Source: Candidatus Methylomirabilota bacterium
Lineage (GTDB): Bacteria > Methylomirabilota > Methylomirabilia > Rokubacteriales > CSP1-6
Direction of reading: 5' to 3'
NCBI GenBank assembly: GCA_046726415.1
Contig: JBKPAK010000206.1
Span: 1 to 12,381, forward strand
DNA: 12,381 nt
Below the pieces are notes generated by a model. The model was not told the origin of the DNA, did no database searches, and was given only the letters and a program-made list of their open reading frames with translations. The translations under genes were made by a program, and so were the position numbers. This document shows, in pieces, positions 1 through 6,428 of this stretch. Numbering within the stretch: the first letter of the stretch is position 1; the number at the start of each line of letters is the position of its first letter.

Positions 1-247
1 TCAGCCCCTCGAGACCTATCTGGCCTGGCGCCGAGAAACTCTGGGCGAGGGAGAGGCGGAGAGCCTGCGGCGCGGCTTCCGCCTCTTCCCGGTGCACAGC
101 AAATACACGACTGACGACTGGCGGTGGTTGCTGGCCAAGGCCGGCTTCACCATCCGCCATGAGGCACAGTTGCGTGCCTCGCATCAGATCTTCGTCACCA
201 CCCCCGCCGGAATGTCCGAGCGATCGATTCCCGCACCGGCCGCGTGA
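1..247 (+). CDS. 3' end of a CDS running in from the left edge, probably a class I SAM-dependent methyltransferase
   Basis: Frame 2 is open from base 2 to TGA at 245-247 with GC-rich third positions: QPLETYLAWRRETLGEGEAESLRRGFRLFPVHSKYTTDDWRWLLAKAGFTIRHEAQLRASHQIFVTTPAG... The segment 'H-x-x-Y-T-x-x-x-W-x-x-LL-x-x-AGF-x-I' resembles methyltransferase C-termini. The SAM-binding motif would lie outside the window, so the product call is tentative. Confidence 0.55.
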   Translation, partial: QPLETYLAWRRETLGEGEAESLRRGFRLFPVHSKYTTDDWRWLLAKAGFTIRHEAQLRASHQIFVTTPAGMSERSIPAPAA

Positions 248-258
248 CGACGGCGCAT

Positions 259-567
259 CTACGAGGTGCGAAACGCGTTCACGGCGGTGACCAGGGCCGG
301 AGTACCGCCGAAGAGATAGGCCACCTCGACCGCCTCTTGGATCTCCGCTTCCGAGGCGCCGGCGCCGCGAGCGCGGTTGGCGATGTTGGCGACGCCATCC
401 GGGTGCGACAGGAGCGCATCGACGATCATCGTCATGAGAAGCTTGTATTTCCCGGGAATGGCCCCATCGCGCAGAATGCGCTCGCGCTGGGCCATGTAGG
501 AGTTGACGAACTCCGGATCGCGTTGTTGCAGCGCTTGGATCCATGGCGGCAACGTCGCCTGAGCCAT
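259..567 (-). CDS. Carboxymuconolactone decarboxylase (CMD/AhpD-like) family protein, 102 aa
   Basis: MAQATLPPWIQ...DGAIPGKYKLLMTMIVDALLSHPDGVANIANRARGAGASEAEIQEAVEVAYLFGGTPAL matches the CMD pattern (GAl..K.K.L....; A...GAs..EI.E.v.va...gG.Pa). AGGAGG at 578-573 sits 5 nt before ATG 567, so I prefer this start to the track's GTG at 573. There is no CxxC. Confidence 0.88.
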   Translation of the reverse strand: MAQATLPPWIQALQQRDPEFVNSYMAQRERILRDGAIPGKYKLLMTMIVDALLSHPDGVANIANRARGAGASEAEIQEAVEVAYLFGGTPALVTAVNAFRTS

Positions 568-601
568 GTGCACCTCCTCTGCGAACGTGACGGCGGCACC
601 G

Positions 602-630
602 AACGTAGCCCCCTAGCGCGCTGAGGTCAA
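602..630 (-). promoter_or_regulatory. Putative sigma70 promoter for the CMD-family gene
   Basis: The minus strand reads TTGACC (630-625), 17 nt, TACGTT (607-602), upstream of the RBS at 578-573. Confidence 0.65.
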
Positions 631-740
631 GCCGTGAGATCAACAACAGCCGTGAGACCGGCGCCATATTGGAGATCCAACAGCCGTGTGACCGGCGCTA
701 CCAACAGCCGTGTGACCGGCGCCTGTTGTTGGACCGGCGC
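630..740. repeat. Cluster of three 21-bp direct repeats CAACAGCCGTG(A/T)GACCGGCGC with partial copies and a flanking inverted repeat
   Basis: Full copies lie at 644-664, 678-698 and 702-722 (copy 1 differs by one base). Partial copies are AGCCGTGAGA 630-639 and GACCGGCGC 732-740. CAACAACAG 641-649 is the perfect reverse complement of CTGTTGTTG 723-731. Each unit contains GCCG-N6-CGGC. Confidence 0.92.
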
Positions 741-752
741 ACCCGCCGCACG

Positions 753-761
753 TGGCATACT
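753..761 (+). promoter_or_regulatory. Putative extended -10 element (TGnCATACT) giving a leaderless transcript
   Basis: TGGCATACT at 753-761 ends 6 nt before ATG 768, and there is no well-spaced Shine-Dalgarno sequence. Confidence 0.45.
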
Positions 762-767
762 CGGGAC

Positions 768-977
768 ATGGAAATCGCGGGGTGGGTTCTCAAAACCATC
801 CTCGTGTGGAGCCTCATCGGCATCGGGGTGGCGGCGCTGATAAGGGTAGTCCGGATATGGCTCCGAGAGCCGAGCCGCCTAACCCTCGTCATCATCGGCG
901 TGTTCGGCGTGCTTATTGTGTGGGTGACATGGACCGGTTTGGAGTGGATTTTGTCATGGCTCCCGGGACTCCCCTGA
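768..977 (+). CDS. Small hypothetical membrane protein, 69 aa, two predicted TM helices, Trp-rich
   Basis: MEIAGWVLKTILVWSLIGIGVAALIRVVRIWLREPSRLTLVIIGVFGVLIVWVTWTGLEWILSWLPGLP has two hydrophobic stretches joined by an Arg-rich loop. Its stop is followed directly by the RBS of the next gene. The track's TTG start at 669 lies inside the repeat cluster and is unlikely. Confidence 0.65.
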   Translation: MEIAGWVLKTILVWSLIGIGVAALIRVVRIWLREPSRLTLVIIGVFGVLIVWVTWTGLEWILSWLPGLP

Positions 978-992
978 CGAAGGAGCACTCGC

Positions 993-1397
993 ATGGCCGA
1001 CCGAAAGTACCGTCAGCAAGGCTACCGAGCCCAGGCCCCCGAGACGCGCAGACCGCAACCGCCGGCTGCCGACGCTCCCCGGAGCAGCGGGATGCTCGCC
1101 AAACACACCGTCTCCCGATGCGGGGCGTGCGGCGCTGTCCTGCCGATCGCCACCGCGTCTCTCGAGCAGTGCCCACACTGCCGGGCCGCCATCCACGCCT
1201 GCCGCCAGTGCACCCACTTCGATACGGGCCATCGCTTTGAGTGCGCCCAGCCCATCCCCGAGCGACTGGCCGACAAGAGCGCTCGCAACGACTGCGGCTG
1301 GTTCTCGCTCCGCGTGACGGTTGAGCGGGACGCCTCGCCCGACTCGACGCGCCCCGGCGACATCCGGCGCGGGTTCGACAACCTCTTCAAGAAGTAG
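993..1397 (+). CDS. Hypothetical 8-Cys metal-binding (zinc-ribbon-like) protein, 134 aa
   Basis: AAGGAG RBS at about 979-985. Cys pattern CGAC...CPHC...CRQC-x10-C-x16-C, a low-complexity N-terminus and a C-terminal FDNLFKK. GC-rich third positions. Confidence 0.85.
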   Translation: MADRKYRQQGYRAQAPETRRPQPPAADAPRSSGMLAKHTVSRCGACGAVLPIATASLEQCPHCRAAIHACRQCTHFDTGHRFECAQPIPERLADKSARNDCGWFSLRVTVERDASPDSTRPGDIRRGFDNLFKK

Positions 1398-1426
1398 CCC
1401 GGCCGCGCGGCGAAGTCGGCACGGGC
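1397..1426. terminator. Possible hairpin between convergent genes
   Basis: GCCCG-GCCG (1397-1405) pairs with CGGC-A-CGGGC (1417-1426) with one bulge. No clear U-tract. Confidence 0.25.
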
Positions 1427-1447
1427 ACGCAGACAACACCCTTTGAG

Positions 1448-2248
1448 TCAGCGCCCCTCGAACCGAGGCAGGCGGCGCTCCAGGAGCGCGCGCAACCCCT
1501 CCTTGTGGTCCTCGGTCTCGCGCAGCACCCCGATCTCCGGGCGGATGAAGTCGAGCGCGGCCTCGAACGACATCTCGAGCCCGCGCAACACGGTCCGCTT
1601 CGCCACCTGCACCCCGCGGGGCGCGGACAGCGCGAACCGCCTCGCGAACTCCCGAGTGGCCGCGGGCAGCTGATCGGCCGGCGCCACGCGACTCACCAGT
1701 CCGATGGAGAGCGCGGTCTCCGCGTCGATGGGCTCGCCGCTCAGGATCATCTCGAGCGCGTTGGTCAGCCCCACGATCCGCGGTAGAAGCCAGGCTCCGC
1801 CGCCGCCCGGGGCCAGCCCCAACCGCACGTAGACCTCGCAGAACCGGGCGGTGTCGGCAGCCAAGCGAAAGTCGGCGGCGCAGGCCAGGTCGAGGCCGGC
1901 GCCATAGGCCGCCCCGTTCACGGCGGCGATCAACACCTTGGGGAAGCGGCGCAGCAGGAGCTGCGTCTCCTGGATCAGCCCGAGCTGCTCCTGCCGGACG
2001 GAGACCGCACCGCCCCCGGCGCGGGCCACCTGTGCCATGCTCTTCACGTCGCCGCCCGAGCAGAAGGCCCGCCCCGCCCCGGTGATTACCAGCACCCGCA
2101 CGGCGTCGTCCTGCTGGGCGGCGCGCACCGCGCTCGCCACCTCGTCGAGCATGCCCACGGAGATGGGGTTGCGCTGCTCCGGGCGATTGAAGGTGATGGT
2201 GCCGATCTGCTCCTCCACCTCATAGCGAATCTCTCGGTAGTCGCTCAT
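1448..2248 (-). CDS. Enoyl-CoA hydratase/isomerase (crotonase superfamily), 266 aa
   Basis: Motifs ITFNRPEQRNPI, VITGAGRAFCSGGDV, IAAVNGAAYGAG, GEPIDAETALSIGLVSRV and EDHKEGLRALLERRLPRFEG. AAAGGA RBS before ATG 2248 (MSDYREIRYE). Confidence 0.95.
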   Translation of the reverse strand: MSDYREIRYEVEEQIGTITFNRPEQRNPISVGMLDEVASAVRAAQQDDAVRVLVITGAGRAFCSGGDVKSMAQVARAGGGAVSVRQEQLGLIQETQLLLRRFPKVLIAAVNGAAYGAGLDLACAADFRLAADTARFCEVYVRLGLAPGGGGAWLLPRIVGLTNALEMILSGEPIDAETALSIGLVSRVAPADQLPAATREFARRFALSAPRGVQVAKRTVLRGLEMSFEAALDFIRPEIGVLRETEDHKEGLRALLERRLPRFEGR

Positions 2249-2360
2249 CGATCGATCCTTTCTCGGCGGCATGGGCGGAGCGGAGTGCGCCCCGGTGGCC
2301 TGCTGCTATTGCGCGGCGAGCGCGGGGCGAAGGCACCGTGGCGGACGAGAGGAGGTGACT

Positions 2361-2468
2361 GCACTCCCCGCCGAACTTCTGCCCGCTCGCGTTCTCGTGC
2401 CCACACTCGGCACAGCTGGTCACGAGGGTAGAGGGTCGCCTGAAACTCCTCGAGGCTGCAACTTCGGC
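2361..2468 (-). pseudogene. Remnant of a paralogous zinc-ribbon cyclase gene: promoter plus first ~21 codons; direct repeat of 5895-6001
   Basis: 2361-2440 matches 5895-5974 at 71 of 80 bases by manual alignment. From GTG 2423 it reads VTSCAECGHENASGQKFGGEC versus MTTCAECGHENASGQKFCGEC, after which similarity is lost. Confidence 0.85.
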
Positions 2469-2519
2469 TCGGCGCGGCGACGAACCGGCTAAGATGGGCG
2501 GCGGGAGGAGGACGCGCTC

Positions 2520-3521
2520 ATGCGGACCATCGACATCCACGCGCATCTCGTGCCGAAGTCCCTGTGGCAGGCGGCCGAGGCTCGAAGAGAGTGGTACGGC
2601 TTTCGCCACGAACCCGGCGACGGCATCGGTATCATGGTGGGAGGTGGCAAGCGCACGAACTTCACCTCGCCCAAGGTGCGTTTCACGCCGGAAGAGCGGC
2701 TCCAAGACATGGACGCGCAGGGCGTGGACGTGCAGGTGATCTCCATCCACACCCCCTTCTTCGGCTACCATCTCGACTCCGCACAGGGGCGAGCTCTGGC
2801 CCGCGACGTCAACGACGAGATCGCCGCCATGACCCGCCAGTGGCCGCAACGCTTCGCCGGCTTGGCCACCCTGCCGGTGCAGGACGTCAAGGCGGCCATC
2901 GACGAGCTAGAGCGCGCGGTGACGGTCCTCGGTCTGAAGGGGGCCGAGCTCGACACGGTGGTGAACGGCGAGAACTGGGACGAGCCGAAGTTCCTCCCGC
3001 TATTCAAGGCGGCCGAGGCCATGGGGGCCGTGCTCTTCTTTCACCCACAACCCCAGCACAACTTCATGATGCAGCGCACGACCCGCTACGGGCTCTCCAA
3101 CAGCCTCGGCGTCATCGTGGAGGACGCGATCGTCGTGGCAATCCTGATCTTCGGCGGAATCCTCGACGCGTGTCCCGATCTCAAGGTCTGCGTGGCCCAC
3201 GGCGGTGGCCCGGCCTGCTTCGCGATGGGGCGCATCGACCGGGGCTGGCAGGGCCGCGCCGACGCGCGTGGCGGCGCCCAGCAGCCGCCGAGCACCTACC
3301 AGCGCCGCCTCTATTACGACACCGTGGTGGGCAGCGAGAAGGCGCTTCGCTTCCTGCTCGACGAGGTGGGCGCCGACCGCGTGGTGCTGGGCAGCGACTG
3401 GCCTTTCGTGCCGTGGCATCCCTCCCCTGTCGCCTGGGTGCAAGGGCTCACGACCCTGAGCCAGGACGAGAAGGACAAGATCCTCTGGCGCAATCTGGAG
3501 TCGCTGCTGAAGCTGTCGTGA
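2520..3521 (+). CDS. Amidohydrolase family protein (Amidohydro_2; ACMSD-like metal-dependent decarboxylase/hydratase), 333 aa
   Basis: Motifs IDIHAH, RLQDMDAQGVDVQVIS, FAGLATLP, ELERAV, FFHP, AHGGG, LYYDT and VLGSDWPF. GGAGGAGG RBS at about 2504-2511 and a TAAGAT -10-like hexamer at 2490-2495. Confidence 0.95.
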   Translation: MRTIDIHAHLVPKSLWQAAEARREWYGFRHEPGDGIGIMVGGGKRTNFTSPKVRFTPEERLQDMDAQGVDVQVISIHTPFFGYHLDSAQGRALARDVNDEIAAMTRQWPQRFAGLATLPVQDVKAAIDELERAVTVLGLKGAELDTVVNGENWDEPKFLPLFKAAEAMGAVLFFHPQPQHNFMMQRTTRYGLSNSLGVIVEDAIVVAILIFGGILDACPDLKVCVAHGGGPACFAMGRIDRGWQGRADARGGAQQPPSTYQRRLYYDTVVGSEKALRFLLDEVGADRVVLGSDWPFVPWHPSPVAWVQGLTTLSQDEKDKILWRNLESLLKLS

Positions 3522-3525
3522 GCTA

Positions 3526-3580
3526 CAGCTCGAGAGCTGACGCCGGAGCGCGGTTGCCTGGGTTTCCTCCGGGGGGTCAG
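3526..3580. terminator. Possible hairpin(s) between the convergent amidohydrolase and cyclase 3' ends
   Basis: CAGCTC/GAGCTG at 3526-3539. An alternative overlapping stem pairs CTGAC-G-CCGGAG (3537-3548) with CTCCGG-GGG-GTCAG (3567-3580). No U-tract. Confidence 0.3.
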
Positions 3581-5957
3581 CGCCCGAGCTCGTCGAGCAG
3601 GGCTTTCGCCGCGCGGAGGTCCTGCGTGCCGAACCCTTCGGTGAACCAGCCGTAGACGTCGGCCAGCACGCGGCGCGCGTCCTCGCGGCGGCCCTGATCG
3701 CGCCACAGCCGGGCGAGGCTCGTCGTGGCGCGCAGCTCGAGCGACTTCGTCTCGCGGTGTCGCGCAAAGTCGATGGCCCGCTCGAAGCAACGCGCGGCGT
3801 CCTCGGCGGCGGGCGGCGCGAGCCGCCGGCGCAGCTCACCCTCCAGGCGGTAGACCTTGGAGCCATAGTAGCCGGTGCGATCGGCGTCTGCCAGCGACGC
3901 CAAGATCTGTAATCCGCGCGCGGGGGAATCTGCCTCACCATACAGCTCCGCGAGGAGGCACCCGCTGATTCCAGCAGCACGCCGCCGTACGCGACCTCGT
4001 GAGTGAGCGCGTGCTTGAACGTGTACTCGACGTCGGGGAACAGCCGCGCCTCGTAGAGGAACTCCGCGGTCTGCAGCTCGCCGAGCGCCGGGGGCAACTC
4101 GTCCTCGGCCATCTCCGCGACAGCGGCGAGAAGGGCCACCGGCACGTCCTTGCCCACCACGGCGGCGGCCTGGAGCAGGCGCTTCAGCTCCGGGCGCAGC
4201 CGATCGATGCGCGCCGCCAGGATGGCCTGCACCGTCGCCGGCATCTGGATCGTCGCCGCCGGGCGAGCGAGCCGGTACGCGCCCGGCTCCCCGGCGAGGG
4301 CGCCCGTCTCGACGAGGGTCCGCACGCTCTCCTCGAGGAAGAGCGGGTTGCCCTCCGTCCGCGCGATGAGGAGCGGGGCGAGGGCCTCGGTGGACGGGTC
4401 GGCGCCGAGGAGCGCCCGGAGGAGCTGGTCCGCGCTCTCCGGCGGCAGGGGATCGATGCGGAGTTGACGATAGTACGTCTTGCTGCCCCAGCCGTGGCGG
4501 TACTCCGGACGGTAGTTCACGGCGAGCAGAACGGGCGCGGTGGCCAGACTCTCGGCCAGGCTGTCGAGCACGCCCTGCGTCTCCGTGTCGATCCAGTGGA
4601 GATCCTCGAAGACGAGGAGGAGGGGCTGCACGTGACTCTCGCGGAGCAGCACGCGCCTGACGCTCTCGACTGCGCGCCGGCGGCGCTGCACGGGCTCCCG
4701 GGCCAGGAACGCGTCGTCGGGCTCGATCGCCTCGAGGATCCACAACATCGGCGGGACCGCGTCCTCGAGCGCGCGGTCGAGGGTGAGCAGCGTGCCCGTC
4801 ACCTTCGCCCGGACGCTGCGAGCGTCGTCGCGATCGTCGATGCGGAAGTAGCCCCGCAGGAGATCCACGAGCGGCAGAAACGGGGTGGCTTTGCCGTAGG
4901 ACACCGAGCTCGATTCGAGAACGCACCACGCGCGATCGGCAGCACCGAGCACGTGGTGCGAGTGGATGAACTCGTAGAAGAGCCGCGACTTCCCGACCCC
5001 CGCTTCCCCGACCACGGCGACGAGCTGCCCCTGCCCCTGCCGGGCCTGCGCGGCCGCCTGTCTGATTTGGTCCATTTCGGCATCCCGTCCCACGAAGCGG
5101 GTGAAGCCGCGCACCCGCGCGGCCTGGAGCCGCGTCCGGACGGCGGCCGCTCCCGTCAGCTCGAAGACCTCCACCGGCGCGGCGACGCCCTTGACCGGGA
5201 TCGGCCCCAGCGGCCGTACCTGCACGAACTCCTCGGCCAGCCGCAGCGTCTCGGCGGTGAGGCGCGTGGCGCCGGGCGGGGCAAGCTGCTCCATCCGCGC
5301 CGCGAGGTGCGTCGTCGGCCCGACCGCCGTGTAGTCCATGCGGAGGTCGCTGCCCACCGAGCGGACCACCACGTCGCCGGAATTCATGCCGACGCGGATC
5401 TGGACCTCGGCACCGTGGGTCTTCCGCACGTCTTCGGTGTAGCGCCGGATGGCGTCCTGCATCCGCAGGGCCGCGTAGCACGCGCGCACGGCATGGTCCT
5501 CGTGGGCGAGCGGCGCGCCGAAGAGCGCCATGATCCCGTCGCCCATCACTTGGTTGACCGTTCCCTCGTAGCGATGGACCGCCTCCATCATCCGCTCGAT
5601 CACCGGGTCGAGGATCTCCCGCGCCTCCTCGGGATCGCGGTCGGCGATGAGCTCCATCGAGCCTTTCATGTCGGCGAAGAGGACGGTCACCTGCTTGCGC
5701 TCGCCCTCGAGGGCGGTCTTCGAGGTGAGGATGCGCTCGGCCAGATGCTTCGGCGTGTAGCTCTGCGGCGAGCCGAAGCGCGGGGCGGCCGGCGTGGCAT
5801 CGGACGTGAGCGGCCCGCCGCATTCGCCGCAGAACTTCTGACCCGGCGGATTGACGGTACCGCAACTGGCGCACCGGCTGACCAGTCGCGCTCCGCACTC
5901 CCCGCAGAATTTCTGACCGCTCGCGTTCTCGTGCCCGCACTCGGCACAGGTGGTCAT
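3577..5957 (-). pseudogene. Double zinc ribbon + class III adenylate/guanylate cyclase + AAA/STAND ATPase + TPR protein, frameshifted with a probable internal deletion near 3960-3972
   Basis: From ATG 5957: four CxxC pairs, ERKQVTVLFADMKGS, MGDGIMALFGAP, RVGMNSG, Walker A GEAGVGKS, Walker B LLVFEDLHW, GNPLFLEE and FKHALTHEVAYGGVLL (about 662 codons, to 3972). The family's typical C-terminus (KSLELRATTSLARLWRDQGRREDARRVLADVYGWFTEGFGTQDLRAAKALLDEL, stop 3577) is in a different frame and follows almost immediately. Confidence 0.88.
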
Positions 5958-5965
5958 GGGCCTAG

Positions 5966-5994
5966 AGGGTCGCCCGAGCGCCCCGGCGATGCAA
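5966..5994 (-). promoter_or_regulatory. Putative promoter of the cyclase gene, probably leaderless
   Basis: TTGCAT (5994-5989), 17 nt, GACCCT (5971-5966), 8 nt, ATG 5957, with no SD. Both boxes are retained in the paralogous copy (TTGCAG 2461-2456, 18 nt, GACCCT 2437-2432) while the spacer has diverged. Confidence 0.45.
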
Positions 5995-6058
5995 CGTCGG
6001 CCGGCATGGAGCGCAAAGTGCTTCGCGGCTGCCGTCACCCGCGCCTCTCCGGCCACTA

Positions 6059-6110
6059 CCTCATGAGTAATTGCCGCCGGGTGCATCGTTGCCCACAATG
6101 CCTCATGGGG
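6059..6110 (+). promoter_or_regulatory. Putative sigma70 promoter bracketed by two imperfect CCTCATGAGG palindromes
   Basis: TTGCCG (6071-6076), 17 nt, CACAAT (6094-6099). CCTCATGAGT at 6059-6068 and CCTCATGGGG at 6101-6110. Confidence 0.55.
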
Positions 6111-6122
6111 GGAGGGGGCATC

Positions 6123-6428
6123 ATGGCGGACCTCGCGGGGACGCTTCACGCGCTCGCGATTGCCGTTGCCGTCGGCGCTGGCTGGGCAGCAGCTCGCGGC
6201 GTCAAGCTCCTCGTTCGGGGTCTGCGCCACGCCGATCAAGAATCGGCGTCGCTCCAGGTCGTCCGAGGCCTCCGTGGCATCGTCGTAGGCGTGGGCGCCG
6301 GCGCCCTCGCGGGCGGCGTGCTGTTCGGCCAAGTGTGGCTGCTCGTCTTCGGCGCGGTTTTCCTCGCCGAAGAGCTTTACGAGACCGGCGTGCTCGTCCT
6401 CGTGCTGCGCGCTCAGGCGCGCGCGTGA
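6123..6428 (+). CDS. Hypothetical small membrane protein, 101 aa, about 3 TM helices
   Basis: GGAGG RBS before ATG 6123. MADLAGTLHALAIAVAVGAGWAAARGVKLLVRGLR...GQVWLLVFGAVFLAEELYETGVLVLVLRAQARA is hydrophobic with GC-rich third positions. It is the tail of track ORF 3999..6428, the rest of which is antisense shadow. Confidence 0.8.
   Translation: MADLAGTLHALAIAVAVGAGWAAARGVKLLVRGLRHADQESASLQVVRGLRGIVVGVGAGALAGGVLFGQVWLLVFGAVFLAEELYETGVLVLVLRAQARA

Noticed and set aside
630..740. CRISPR array interpretation of the 21-bp repeats
   Set aside because: The intervening sequences are only 13 and 3 nt, unequal and partly built from repeat pieces, and there are no cas genes in the window.
669..767. 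N-terminal extension with QQPCDRR peptide repeats on the membrane ORF
   Set aside because: The first DNA repeat is out of frame with the other two (34-bp period), the start is TTG without an RBS, and a promoter-like element sits just before ATG 768.
3955..3990. Programmed ribosomal frameshift joining the two cyclase frames
   Set aside because: There is no slippery heptamer at the junction, and a large part of the expected TPR region appears to be missing, which points to deletion.
3577..5940. The 787-aa Arg-rich ORF as an overlapping gene
   Set aside because: It is an alternative frame of a GC-rich gene. Only its last ~127 aa are real, as the displaced cyclase C-terminus.
3577..5957. Anti-phage Avs/CBASS/Pycsar-type defence system
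   Set aside because: The architecture is the widespread DZR-cyclase-ATPase-TPR signalling type, the gene is broken, and no recognisable effector gene is co-transcribed with it.
3999..6122. Long plus-strand ORF antisense to the cyclase, and similar shadows (2564..3655, 7835..8737, 8846..9919, 11180..12286)
   Set aside because: Stop-poor shadow frames are expected at this GC content and they show no recognisable motifs.
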